Notes: a model not told the origin generated them from the letters alone. A stretch of 64,000 bases of DNA from an uncultured Actinomycetota bacterium (GCA_963720045.1 CAVREC010000002.1:69361-133360); one strand, 5' to 3'; shown: positions 9,286 to 18,651, counted from the first letter of the stretch. Numbers and translations are program-made.

Positions 9286-10912
9286 CTTCGACTCCTGCCT
9301 CCCGGTCGCTTCGGCGTGCCGAGTACGCCTTCCAGAATACTGCCAGGATCGGGACGAGCATCAGGATGTAGAAGGCGATCAGCACCGCCCAGACGAGGCT
9401 CGCCGGGGCGATCGCGGTCATGTAGCCGTAGTAGCGCTGCGACATCACGACCGTGAACGCGGCGGTTGCGAGCGACCAGACGAGCGCGGTCACCGCGTAG
9501 GTGGCGAGCACGCCCGCGTCGTCGGGCTCCGCTTCCCGCCCGGAGAGGCGGTTCGAGAGCCATTCGCGCGAGCGGCGGCGCAGCCCGGGCTCGCGCATCA
9601 GGTCGACGAGGATGTGGTAGCCGTCGCGGTCGAGCAGCGGGTTCAGGTTGAAGATCGCGCCCGTGTAGGCGGCGAGGGCGAGCTGGAACCAGACGTCCTG
9701 CAGCGTCCCCGGCGACGAGAAGACGGCGAGGAGCGCGGCGGCGCCGGCGATCGTGAGGTCGCTGATCGGGCCCGCGGCGCTGATCGCGATCCGCCGGCGC
9801 GCCGGCTCGAACCACGCCTCCGAGGTGTCCACGTAGGCGTACGGGAAGATCAGCATCAGCTTGATCCCGGCCTTCGGAACCTTCCGGCCGAACGACTCGA
9901 CGGTCAGCCCGTGGGCGAACTCGTGCACGATCACGACGAGGAAGCGCCCGACGAGGAACACGATCCCTCCGACTCCGACCTTGCCCGCGACCACGAACGG
10001 GGCCACGGTGCCGCTGCCGATCAGGTCCGCGAACGCGACGATCCCGGCAGCCGAGATCAACGCGAACGCGATCAGCGGGGGCCGAGTGAAGAGCAGGAAG
10101 CCGCCGGCGCGATAGACCTTCGTGAAGACCGGGCCGAGCCAGGTGAAGTCCCACTGGCGCATCCGGAAGAGACGGGCAAGCTTCTTCTTCGAAGGCGGCG
10201 CCTTCGCCTCCTCGACCCCCTCGAGCAGGCCCCGCTCGCCGAGGTCTGCCAGCATCGAGGCGAGCTTGCTCGGGCCGTCGGCGCCGAAGCGCCCTGTCGC
10301 GGCCACGATCAGGCTCGACAGCGAGTTCTCGCCGTTCAGCAGCCCGAGCAGGTTTGCGTCCTCGGCGCTCAGCCGCACGAAACGGCCGTCGGGGCCGCGC
10401 AGGACGAAGCGGAGGTCGCCCTCGTCCGCGGCCAGCCGCTTCAGCTTCGAGCCGGCGCGCAGGCGGGGGAAACGGAGCGCGGCACCGTCCTCGTCGGGCA
10501 GGCCGGGGATCGCGCCGAAGACGACCGTGCGGCCGCTCTCCGACTCGTTGCGCTTTGCCTCGATCGTCAGTTGCACGTCGCCGAGCCCGAGCTTCGAGCC
10601 GTCGCGGAGCAGCGTCCGGCCGGTGATCTGCTGCCCGTCGACGAACGTGCCGTACGTCGAGCCGGCGTCCTCGACCGCCGGCCCGTCCGGGTCGATCACG
10701 ATCCGCGCGTGGTTACGGGAGACCGTCTCGCCCTGGATCCGGATCAGGTTCTCGCTGCCGCGGCCGAGCGTCAGCGGGCCGTAGACGAGCGGGATCCGGC
10801 GCCCGTCGCCGATGACGAGCTCGAGCGGCGCGCGGCCCTTGACGGGCGTGCCGCAGACGGTGCAGACGTCGTCGTCGCGTGCGATCTGGCATCGGCAGCT
10901 TCGGCAGAGCAT
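9272..10912 (-). CDS. zinc-ribbon + FHA domain + polytopic M50 (site-2-protease-like) metalloprotease
   Basis: ATG at 10912 lies 1 nt after the stop of the upstream gene (10914). Zinc ribbon CRSCRCQIARDDDVCTVCG. FHA signature LTLGRGSEN..VSRNHARIV..DAGSTYGTFVDG. Several TM segments. HEFAH (HExxH) and NLNPLLDRDGYH (NxxPxxxxDG) motifs. Confidence 0.8.
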   Translation of the reverse strand: MLCRSCRCQIARDDDVCTVCGTPVKGRAPLELVIGDGRRIPLVYGPLTLGRGSENLIRIQGETVSRNHARIVIDPDGPAVEDAGSTYGTFVDGQQITGRTLLRDGSKLGLGDVQLTIEAKRNESESGRTVVFGAIPGLPDEDGAALRFPRLRAGSKLKRLAADEGDLRFVLRGPDGRFVRLSAEDANLLGLLNGENSLSSLIVAATGRFGADGPSKLASMLADLGERGLLEGVEEAKAPPSKKKLARLFRMRQWDFTWLGPVFTKVYRAGGFLLFTRPPLIAFALISAAGIVAFADLIGSGTVAPFVVAGKVGVGGIVFLVGRFLVVIVHEFAHGLTVESFGRKVPKAGIKLMLIFPYAYVDTSEAWFEPARRRIAISAAGPISDLTIAGAAALLAVFSSPGTLQDVWFQLALAAYTGAIFNLNPLLDRDGYHILVDLMREPGLRRRSREWLSNRLSGREAEPDDAGVLATYAVTALVWSLATAAFTVVMSQRYYGYMTAIAPASLVWAVLIAFYILMLVPILAVFWKAYSARRSDREAGVEGAVV

Positions 10913-10913
10913 C

Positions 10914-13874
10914 TCACGGGGGTGTGACGTATTGCCAGGACGGGTTCTGGGCCCCGGAGGCGCGGAGCTGGGTGACCGTGCCCGCCGAGGCGAGCTGCAG
11001 CCGGGCGAGCGCGCCGAGGGCATTCGAGCATGCGTTGTCGGCCTGCGTGACGATCACCTCGCCGCCGTCGGCGCGCCACGTGACCTCGCAGGCGCGAACC
11101 GTCGGGGTGACGGGTTTCGGCGTGCCGAGCTGGCCGCTCGACCACGTGGCCGTGTAGAGCCGGAAGACCTGGTTGTTCGTCCAGTTGGCGACGAGCGCGA
11201 CCTGCGTCCCGTCGGGCGAGAACGCGGCGTAGATCACGGCGTCGCTGCCTTTCGAGCCGTGCATCTTGTCGGTGACGAGGCCCTGCCACACCCAGTCGCT
11301 CGGGCTCGAGGAGAACGGGCGGGCGGTCGTGTACTCGCCGAGCTCGATCTGGTTCTTGTCCTTCGGGTCGTGTGCGACGACGAGGATCGCCCGCCCGTCG
11401 GGCGACCAGGCCGGGCGGTCGACGTCGAACGCCGGGTCCTTGATGCACGCGCCCTGATGGAGGGTCGAGGCCGTGCGGACGAAGCAGAGGTCGCCGTCGG
11501 TACCCGTCGAGGTCTTGCGAATGAACGCGATCACCTTGCCGTCCGGGGAGAACGCGGGTCTGCGGTCGTTCGGGCCCGCCGTGATCGCCCGCGCGCTCGT
11601 CGCGCCCTTCGAGGTGTCGACCATCCAGACCTTTCCCGCGTTCGCGTTCCCCGCCGGGCCGCGGCGGAAGGCGACGAGATGGCCGTTCGGCTGCCAGCTC
11701 GGCTCGTCCTCGGCATCGCCCGACGCCGCGATCTTCTTCGCGGCGGCGCCGTTGACCGCGCTCATCGTGTAGATCGAGGAGCCGTCGGAGAAGGCGACCG
11801 GAGGCAGGCCGGCGGAGATGATCAGCTGGACGGTCGCGCCCTTCGTCACCGTCGCCGGGTTCGTGCCGACGACCGTCCCGGGCTTCGCAGCGTCGAACTG
11901 CTGGCTCGTGACCGCCGTCGCACCCGCGGCTTTCACCGCCGCGGCCGCAGCGGCAGCGCTCTGCCCGGCGAGGGCGCCGCCGGCGACGGGCGTCGGCGTC
12001 GTCGTCTTTGTCCCGCCGGTCGTGGGCGGCACGACCTTCGGCGGATTGACGTAGATCGTCACCGCCGAGCCGGCCTTCTCCCTCGATTGCGCCGTCGGAA
12101 CCTGGAGCGAGATCTTCGCGGTCGTCGGGTTCACGGTCGAGGGAATCGGGTTCAGGACCGGCGCCAGTCCGGCGCCCTTGATCAGGGCCGAGGCCTGCGC
12201 GATCCCCTGGCCGACGACGTTCGGCACGGTGCGGAGGCCGCTGCCGACCGCGACGACGATCGTGATCGTCGTCCCTTCCGCGACCGGCGTCTTCGCGGCC
12301 GGGCTCTGGGTGATGATCGTGCCGATCTTCTTCTTCGCCCGCGAGGCGAGCTCGGGCTTGGCGGGACCGAGCACGAGCTTCAATCCGGGCAGTACTTTCT
12401 GGGCCTGCGCCTGGGTGGCGCCCACGAGGTTCGGGACACGCGGCTCGGCGACGAAGAACGTGACGGTCTTCCCGGTCTTGATCCTGTTTGCGGTGAAGTG
12501 GCCGTTCTGGACGGGCCCCTTGTGCCAGCTCGGGTTCTGCCTGACCACATGGAGGTAGGCGACCGTCTTCGAGGGCACCTCGCCGGGCGGCTGCGAAGCC
12601 GGCTTCAGGTTTGCCTTCTGGATCGCGAGCTGGGCTGCTGCGATCGTCATCCCGTGCAGATCCGGCACCGTCGTCTTGTGCGGGATCAGCGAATAGAGCA
12701 GTACCGCCGCCGCGATCAGGGCCGGGATCACGATCGGCACCCAGAAGGGGATCCACGGCTTCTGGCGGAAGGTGCCCTGAAGCGGCCTCGCGGTGGACTC
12801 GCCGACAGCCCCCTTCGCCGTGACCTCGAAGCGGCGCTCGATGATGCGTCCGACCCAGTGGTTGTGTTTCGGCTTGACGGTGAACTTCGTTCCGTCTCGC
12901 CGCCCGGGCTCGGCGACGAAGCGCGGCTTCTCGAAGTTGAAGTTGAGCGCGTTCTGGTTGTCGACCGCGGTGATCTCGGTGTCGAGCGGGGCGTTCGCCT
13001 TGTTCCGCACCATCACCGCGTACTCTCCGCGCCGCCGGCCGACGACGATCTCGGGCCGCAGCTCGCTCTCGATCTGCTCGTACGGGGTGATCTCGACCTT
13101 GCCCGCGGTCAGGCCGGTCACCTCGTTCTGGGCACGCGAGAGGGCGATCACCTCGATCTCCCAGATCCGCGCCTCGGCCTCGGCGCTGCGCGGCGGGCTG
13201 AAGTTGATGTGGACGTCCTGCTCGTAGGTGCCGCTCGGTGCGCCGAACGGGACGAGGTAGACCGACGGGGGCGTGACGTTCCACCACTCCTCGGGCATCC
13301 CCTTCACCTGGATCTCGTAGTTGTCGACGATGCCGCTCTGGTTGCGGACGAGCGCAGGCAGCGGGACGTGGCCGCCGGCCTCGACGACGAGTTTCTGCTC
13401 TTTGCCGGGAAGCTCCGGGTAGTTCAGCGTGATCTGCACCGCCTCCGTGACAAGGAGCGGCGCGACGCCCGGGATGTTCGGGGCATTCGGATCGCCCGCA
13501 CGGATCACGGGCATGTCCATCGTGCGCATCACCGGCACGGGAATCTCGACCGCGTGCTGTTCCTCGGGCGGCGCTGCGGGCGGTTCGGGCGGCGCTGCGG
13601 GCGGTGCGGAAGCCGCCGGCGGCGGAGCGGCTGCGGGTGGCGGGGCGGTGGCGGCAGCCGCACCTGCCGCTGCTGCCGGCACTACCTCGGCCGGAGCGGG
13701 CTCTTCAGGAGGAGGTGCGACCGGCGCAGGCTCGGCCGGCGCAGCGGGCGCTTCGGCCTCGGGCAGCTTGACGGCGGGCTGGAGCCGTGTCGGGTCCCAG
13801 CGCAGGTAGGTGCCGCAGTTGACGCAGAAGTCGACGTCGTCGTTCTCGTGCGCGCACTTCGGACAAGGGGCCAT
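10914..13874 (-). CDS. bitopic membrane protein: N-terminal zinc ribbon and Ig-like cytoplasmic region, one TM, 3-4 PASTA domains, TolB-like beta-propeller
   Basis: Zinc ribbon CPKCAHENDDVDFCVNCG, then a Pro/Ala linker and the TM helix WIPFWVPIVIPALIAAAVLLYSLI. PASTA-like units (TVPDLHGMTIAAAQLAI.., RVPNLVGATQAQAQKVL.., RTVPNVVGQGIAQASALI..). Repeated FSPDG/WSPDG propeller motifs (RPAFSPDGKVIAF, RPAWSPDGRAILV, AAFSPDGTQVALV). Confidence 0.8.
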   Translation of the reverse strand: MAPCPKCAHENDDVDFCVNCGTYLRWDPTRLQPAVKLPEAEAPAAPAEPAPVAPPPEEPAPAEVVPAAAAGAAAATAPPPAAAPPPAASAPPAAPPEPPAAPPEEQHAVEIPVPVMRTMDMPVIRAGDPNAPNIPGVAPLLVTEAVQITLNYPELPGKEQKLVVEAGGHVPLPALVRNQSGIVDNYEIQVKGMPEEWWNVTPPSVYLVPFGAPSGTYEQDVHINFSPPRSAEAEARIWEIEVIALSRAQNEVTGLTAGKVEITPYEQIESELRPEIVVGRRRGEYAVMVRNKANAPLDTEITAVDNQNALNFNFEKPRFVAEPGRRDGTKFTVKPKHNHWVGRIIERRFEVTAKGAVGESTARPLQGTFRQKPWIPFWVPIVIPALIAAAVLLYSLIPHKTTVPDLHGMTIAAAQLAIQKANLKPASQPPGEVPSKTVAYLHVVRQNPSWHKGPVQNGHFTANRIKTGKTVTFFVAEPRVPNLVGATQAQAQKVLPGLKLVLGPAKPELASRAKKKIGTIITQSPAAKTPVAEGTTITIVVAVGSGLRTVPNVVGQGIAQASALIKGAGLAPVLNPIPSTVNPTTAKISLQVPTAQSREKAGSAVTIYVNPPKVVPPTTGGTKTTTPTPVAGGALAGQSAAAAAAAVKAAGATAVTSQQFDAAKPGTVVGTNPATVTKGATVQLIISAGLPPVAFSDGSSIYTMSAVNGAAAKKIAASGDAEDEPSWQPNGHLVAFRRGPAGNANAGKVWMVDTSKGATSARAITAGPNDRRPAFSPDGKVIAFIRKTSTGTDGDLCFVRTASTLHQGACIKDPAFDVDRPAWSPDGRAILVVAHDPKDKNQIELGEYTTARPFSSSPSDWVWQGLVTDKMHGSKGSDAVIYAAFSPDGTQVALVANWTNNQVFRLYTATWSSGQLGTPKPVTPTVRACEVTWRADGGEVIVTQADNACSNALGALARLQLASAGTVTQLRASGAQNPSWQYVTPP

Positions 13875-13888
13875 GAGTCAGCGAGCCA

Positions 13889-14542
13889 TCAGTCAGCGGG
13901 CGGCGGCGGCTTTTTCGCAGCTTTGACGCGCAGTCTGTAGGTCACATGCACCGGTTTTGTCTCCTCGATCACCCGCGCGATCGCGAGCTGGGTCTTTTCG
14001 GGAATCGGAGTGTCGCAGTAGACCACAAAGCTCGGTGGGGGAGCCTTCGTTCGTGTCTCAGGATTTGTCGACCACGTGACCCCGCCGCCGTCTTCGACCC
14101 GGAGCGGGATCTTCGGGAACGCGATCGAAAGCGCGAGCGTGAGGCCCGCTTTCGTCCCGCGCTGCCGCGAGAGCTCTCCTTCGCGGCTGAGCGCCTCGCG
14201 GAGCCGGTCGTCGGGCCAGCCTTCCTCGACGTTCAGGCCGAGCCACGAGGCGAGCAGGTCGAGCACGTCGCGCGGGGCGAGCGTCGGATGGAAGTAGAGC
14301 GAGAGCACGTCGAGCGTGCCCACGATCGGATCGAGCGCCGTCTCGAGCGCGCCCAGGAAGCGCAGGCCGAAATCTCCGTCCTGGTAGATGCTCGGCATGT
14401 TGTTGCGCAGGTAGCCGCGCATCGAGACGACCTCGGGCGCCTTTCCGGCCGAAAGCCGCGCCCGGAGGTTCGTCGTCGAGAAGCCACGGCGCGTCGTGAC
14501 CCCGTGCGCGAGCGAGGTGCCCTGAACGGTCGACGGGCTCAA
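13889..14542 (-). CDS. baseplate protein, phage tail protein I-like (P2 gpI / Afp12 position)
   Basis: Characteristic MPSIYQDGDFGLRFLGALETALDPIVGTLDVLSLYFHPTLAPRDVLDLLASWLGL. The start overlaps the upstream stop (14539..14542). An internal start at MRGYL is possible. Confidence 0.7.
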   Translation of the reverse strand: MSPSTVQGTSLAHGVTTRRGFSTTNLRARLSAGKAPEVVSMRGYLRNNMPSIYQDGDFGLRFLGALETALDPIVGTLDVLSLYFHPTLAPRDVLDLLASWLGLNVEEGWPDDRLREALSREGELSRQRGTKAGLTLALSIAFPKIPLRVEDGGGVTWSTNPETRTKAPPPSFVVYCDTPIPEKTQLAIARVIEETKPVHVTYRLRVKAAKKPPPPAD

Positions 14543-16545
14543 ATCTCTGCCCGCTCGGCCTTGATGATGTGCGTGCCGGACGCGATCACTTCGTCCTCGC
14601 CGATCTCGATGTAGCTGCCGGCCGGTTTCGGATCCTGCTTGCCGCTGGCAAGGTCGGTCTCGTAGACGCGGAGGATCTTGATGAACTCGACGCCCTCGAT
14701 CTTGCGGACGATCCCGTAGAGCTCACCCTGATTCAGCGAGCGCCCGAACTCCCAGCCCTCGCCGAGGCCGTCGGTCGAGCCGCCGACGAGTGGGTTCAGG
14801 TAGCTGTAGAGGGCGTAGCCGACGTCCTGCTCGACGCGCTCGAGGTCGGCGTTGATCGAGGCCTGGAGGTTCACGACGACGCTGACGCCGTGCAGCTTCA
14901 CCGGCAGCAGCTCGAGGCTCATCCCGATCACGCGCCGCTCGTCGAGGTACTCGGCGACCTCGGTCAGGAGCGCTTCGTCGGGCGACAGCTCGTCGACGCT
15001 GAGCTGACGGTCGGCGGGAGCGACCATCGGCAGGATGTGGACGCGCACCATCCCGTCCTCGCCCGGCGGCAGGCACACGGCGCGGGCGACCCGGGGCGAG
15101 GCCTCGCCGCAGAGGAACTCGAAGTCGTCCGGGGTGACGGCCCGGTAGCGCGTCCGGATCTCGAGCGCAGCCCTGTTCCTCGCGCTTTCCAGCGATTCCG
15201 GGTCGACTCCGCCGAACGCGGGCCGGAGGTTCGTCACCGTGTCCACGCCCGGGATCGCGCTCTTCAGCACCGACAGCGTGCCGCTGGAGACGTTCCCCTG
15301 GCGGCCACCGCCATGCCGGTACCGGGTGAAGCGGAGCGTCGCATCCTTCTTCGGGACGCCGCCGTACTGCTGCCAGTTGCCGTCGGGCGTGCGGATCGCC
15401 GGGCCGAACTCGAGCTGTCCCGCCGCGGCGTTCAGGACGTAATGCCGGGAAGTCGGCTTGCTCTCGACGAAGGACTCCACCTGATCCCAGCGCTCCCACG
15501 TCCCTGAGTCGGGGTCGAGCACCTCGAGGAACTCCTCGGGCGTCGGGTCGAGGATCGGGTAGTAGCGGAGCTCGAAGACCTGCCCCGGCGTCCCGTCGCT
15601 CGCGCCGACGATCTCCTCGTTCACGCGCTCGGAATGGGCGGCGGGGATGATCGCTCCGATCGGGGCCGCCGTGATCCCATGGATCTCCGGCGGATGGGAG
15701 TAGGTGGCCCCGCCGCTCGCGCCCGAGCGCGTCTTCGAGTCGAGCCGGCAGCAGACCCAGTAGGCGCGGTGGCCCGCGATCGGGACGGCGGTGTGCTCGG
15801 CGGGAAGCTGGATCGTCACCTTCCCGGACCCGTAGTTGAAGCCTCCGGTCAGGTCCTCGACCACCTCGGCCTCGAGCCACCCCGTCTCCTCCTCGGCGAC
15901 CGAGACCTCCCAGCGAAGCGGCGGATCCTCGGGATCGACGCCGGCGCCGCGGGCCTGGGAGCAGTCCACGTCGACCTCGAGCAGGATGTTCGCGAGCGGG
16001 ACGTCGAAGCCGAGGTAGAGGGCATCGCCGGCCTTCGGCGGGGTGCCGAAAGCGTTCTGGTCCGGCCCCTTCGGCTTCGCGACACCGTTCGCGACGCCGA
16101 TGTCCTTGACTGCGCCGCCCCGCTTGACCGCGTAGAAGCCCGGCCGCGCCGGGGGGATCGTGAAGTCCTGGGAGGTCTGGAAGACGATCGCCGCCTCGTT
16201 CGCGGTTCGGATCGTCCCGACCTCGGTCTCGCCGGCGGGGATCTCGACCGGCTCGGTGGGCGGTGCGGTGAGCTTGAAGCGAAGATGCGTCGTCGCGGCG
16301 ACCGGCGGCTCCAGCTCGATCCCGAGCAAGTTCAAGAGCGTCACATGCAGCTTCTCGGGAACGCGGTTCAGCCGGTAGATGATCGTCTCGGTCAGCCAGG
16401 CGAACAGCTCGACGAGCGTGATCCCCGGGTCGGAGACGTTGTGCTCCGACCATTCGGGACAGCGTTGCGAGAGCCGCTGGCGAGCCTCGTTCACGAGGTC
16501 CTGGAAGCCGCGGTCGTCGAGGGTGACCTCGGGGATCCGGCTCAT
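14539..16545 (-). CDS. baseplate J-like protein (Afp11 / gp6-like wedge)
   Basis: ATG at 16545 shares one nt with the gp25 stop (TGATG). The N-terminus IPEVTLDDRGFQDLVNEARQRLSQRCPEWSEHNVSDPGITLVELFAWL is typical of CIS baseplate assembly proteins. About 668 aa, the 3' part of track ORF 14539..18495. Confidence 0.85.
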   Translation of the reverse strand: MSRIPEVTLDDRGFQDLVNEARQRLSQRCPEWSEHNVSDPGITLVELFAWLTETIIYRLNRVPEKLHVTLLNLLGIELEPPVAATTHLRFKLTAPPTEPVEIPAGETEVGTIRTANEAAIVFQTSQDFTIPPARPGFYAVKRGGAVKDIGVANGVAKPKGPDQNAFGTPPKAGDALYLGFDVPLANILLEVDVDCSQARGAGVDPEDPPLRWEVSVAEEETGWLEAEVVEDLTGGFNYGSGKVTIQLPAEHTAVPIAGHRAYWVCCRLDSKTRSGASGGATYSHPPEIHGITAAPIGAIIPAAHSERVNEEIVGASDGTPGQVFELRYYPILDPTPEEFLEVLDPDSGTWERWDQVESFVESKPTSRHYVLNAAAGQLEFGPAIRTPDGNWQQYGGVPKKDATLRFTRYRHGGGRQGNVSSGTLSVLKSAIPGVDTVTNLRPAFGGVDPESLESARNRAALEIRTRYRAVTPDDFEFLCGEASPRVARAVCLPPGEDGMVRVHILPMVAPADRQLSVDELSPDEALLTEVAEYLDERRVIGMSLELLPVKLHGVSVVVNLQASINADLERVEQDVGYALYSYLNPLVGGSTDGLGEGWEFGRSLNQGELYGIVRKIEGVEFIKILRVYETDLASGKQDPKPAGSYIEIGEDEVIASGTHIIKAERAEI

Positions 16546-16952
16546 CAGAAAGCCTCCGAGGGCTCGGCGGGGATCACGTAGAACGGATAGACGAGGTTGC
16601 GGAGGTCGTTCGTCGCGCGCAGCCGGTAGGTGATCTCGATCGTCAGCACGCCCTCGGCCATCCCGGTGAGGTCGGGGTCGACGCCGAGCACGTCGATCCG
16701 GGGCTCCCAGCGATCGAGCGCCGAGCGGATGTCGTACTCGATCTTCGCGAGCGTGGAGGGGTCGATGTTCCCGAAGACGTGGTTGTGGATCCCGCAGCCG
16801 AACTCGGGCCGCATGGGGCGCTCGCCCGGGGCGGTGCCGAGGATGAGGTCGATCGCCTCCTGAACGTCGCTGTCGCCGGAGCTCAGCGCAAGCCCCCCGA
16901 GCCGGTCGACTCGGAGCGGAAACGCAATCCCGGTGCCAATGATGTCGGACAT
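16545..16952 (-). CDS. gp25/GPW-like baseplate wedge protein (Afp9-like)
   Basis: GTGIAFPLRVD...EAIDLILGTAPGERPMRPEFGCGIHNHVF. GGAAGGGG RBS upstream of ATG 16952. Confidence 0.9.
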   Translation of the reverse strand: MSDIIGTGIAFPLRVDRLGGLALSSGDSDVQEAIDLILGTAPGERPMRPEFGCGIHNHVFGNIDPSTLAKIEYDIRSALDRWEPRIDVLGVDPDLTGMAEGVLTIEITYRLRATNDLRNLVYPFYVIPAEPSEAF

Positions 16953-16970
16953 CTACCCCTTCCTGGTCTG

Positions 16971-18626
16971 TTAGCCGAGGCTGATCTGGGTGCCGGAGAT
17001 GGAGATCACGCCCATCGAGTTCATCGTGAACGAGGAGCTTCCGCACTTGATCTCGAGCTGGGTCGTGCCTTCGATCGAGATCGAGGTGCCGCCCTTGATC
17101 GTCACCGACTGGGCGCCGTCGAGCGTCATGTCCTGCTGGGGCTTCTGGTCGATCTTCCCCGTCGTCTCGAGGCTGAAGTCCTTGTCGGACTTGATCGTGA
17201 TCACGTCTTTCGCGTGCATCTGGATCTTCTGGTCGGATTGGAGCGAGAAGGAGCCGTCCTGGATCGCCAGATCCTGGCCGGGCTTGTTTTGCCCGTTCCA
17301 GACCGACCCGAGCACGTACGGGTGGTTGACGTCGTCGTGCTCGAAGCCGATCACGACCTCGTCGCCGACCTGCGGCATCATCATCAACCCCCGGGCGTTG
17401 CCGGCGTTCGGCCCCGTCACGCGTGCCCACCACCCCTCCGTATCCGCGCCGAGAGCCGGGTAGCTCACGCGCACCCGGCCCATGTTGTCGGGGTCGTTGT
17501 TGTTCGTGACGAGCCCGATCACGACGGAGTTGCCCCAGCCGCGCTTGCTCTTCGGGGTCATCAGGTCGACGAGGCTGCGCGCCGAGCGCCCCGAGGTGGA
17601 GAAGAGCGTCCGGTAGCCGTGCGAGCCCTGGAAGAGATGCGTGCAGGACGAAACGACGTACGTCCCGCCGAAGCTCGTGCCGATCCCGTCGATCTTCACC
17701 TTCGAGCCGGCCTTGATCGCCGGGTTGCCCTTGGCGACCCCTTCGGCCTCGAGATAGCCCGCTCCCATGTGCGAGGCGTACGCGCTCGAGAGGTCGGACG
17801 CCTCCTGCTGCGAGAGCACCGGCCGGTCGGCGACGACCATCGTTCCGCCGCTCAGCGCCGAGGCCGCCGCTGCGCGGGTGATCCCGATCGCGGAAGCCGG
17901 CTCCTGGATGCTGCTCGTCGACTCGAACGAGCTGTTCCCCTTGGGGTCGCGGGCTCGCACGGTGACCTGGTCGACCTGCTGGACGGCGGAGACGCGCGGC
18001 TTGAAGCTGATCAGGGTGTCGCCCCACTTGAGGCTGATGTCCTGCGTGCCCGCGGGCGGGCCGGCCTTGCGGAAGTAGAGCTTGTGGTCGATCACGAGCA
18101 CCTCGAAGTCGATCCGCCCGGCGAGCTTCCAGAGGAACTCCCAGTCGGTCTCGTTGTTCTGCTGGACGAAGTCGTAGGCGGAGCCGCTGCTGTCGATCTG
18201 ACCGATCTCGGTCCCGTTCCGGCCCGCGATCTTCTGGGCGATATCGGCCGCCGTCATGTTCTGGTACGTATCGGCGACCTTCGTCTGGTGGAGCAGGTGC
18301 GAGCCGTCGTAGGCCCTGAAGCCGAGCGTCGTGCCCTGGGCGAACTCGGGCTCGAGCGAGACGACCTTGCCCTTGAAGACGCTCGACAGCGAGGTTCCGT
18401 CGATGGCCGAGAGGAGCACCTCGATCTCGCTCCCGATCTGGATCGGGAACTTGTCGATCGTCGCGAGGCCCGGGTCGGTGAACCGCAGCAGGCACGCATC
18501 CGGCAGCCGCAGGTTCTCCTGGATCCGCGCCTCGACGAGCCGCTGCCCGACCTCGTCGTCGAGCTTCGTCCCGCTTACGCGCACCTCCGCTCCGGAGACG
18601 GCGCTCACGCCGGAACCTCGGTGCAT
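16971..18626 (-). CDS. VgrG-like spike (gpD + gp5 OB-fold; Afp8-like)
   Basis: gpD-like N-terminal half. gp5-like GLVTNNNDPDNMGRVRVSYPALG...GWWARV...MMPQVGDEVVIGFEHDDVNHPYVLGSVWN. Beta-helical C-terminus with no extension. An alternative GTG start at 18608 is possible. Confidence 0.9.
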   Translation of the reverse strand: MHRGSGVSAVSGAEVRVSGTKLDDEVGQRLVEARIQENLRLPDACLLRFTDPGLATIDKFPIQIGSEIEVLLSAIDGTSLSSVFKGKVVSLEPEFAQGTTLGFRAYDGSHLLHQTKVADTYQNMTAADIAQKIAGRNGTEIGQIDSSGSAYDFVQQNNETDWEFLWKLAGRIDFEVLVIDHKLYFRKAGPPAGTQDISLKWGDTLISFKPRVSAVQQVDQVTVRARDPKGNSSFESTSSIQEPASAIGITRAAAASALSGGTMVVADRPVLSQQEASDLSSAYASHMGAGYLEAEGVAKGNPAIKAGSKVKIDGIGTSFGGTYVVSSCTHLFQGSHGYRTLFSTSGRSARSLVDLMTPKSKRGWGNSVVIGLVTNNNDPDNMGRVRVSYPALGADTEGWWARVTGPNAGNARGLMMMPQVGDEVVIGFEHDDVNHPYVLGSVWNGQNKPGQDLAIQDGSFSLQSDQKIQMHAKDVITIKSDKDFSLETTGKIDQKPQQDMTLDGAQSVTIKGGTSISIEGTTQLEIKCGSSSFTMNSMGVISISGTQISLG

Positions 18627-18651
18627 GGCACCGTTGTTGTCTCGGAGCGGC

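Noticed and set aside
10771-13940. 838-aa (-) and 1042-aa (+) ORFs overlapping the PASTA/TolB gene
   Set aside because: Arg/Asp/Gly-rich nonsense composition. The 986-aa frame contains the zinc ribbon, TM, PASTA and FSPDG motifs.
16953-16970. PAAR-domain gene expected between VgrG and gp25 or elsewhere in the locus
   Set aside because: The gap is only 18 nt. No small ORF with a PAAR-like motif is present in the cluster, so its absence is reported rather than a feature.
16546-18495. N-terminal 650 aa of the 1318-aa ORF 14539..18495 (-)
   Set aside because: This is an out-of-frame read-through across the gp25 and VgrG genes (Arg/Pro-rich). The real baseplate J gene begins at ATG 16545.
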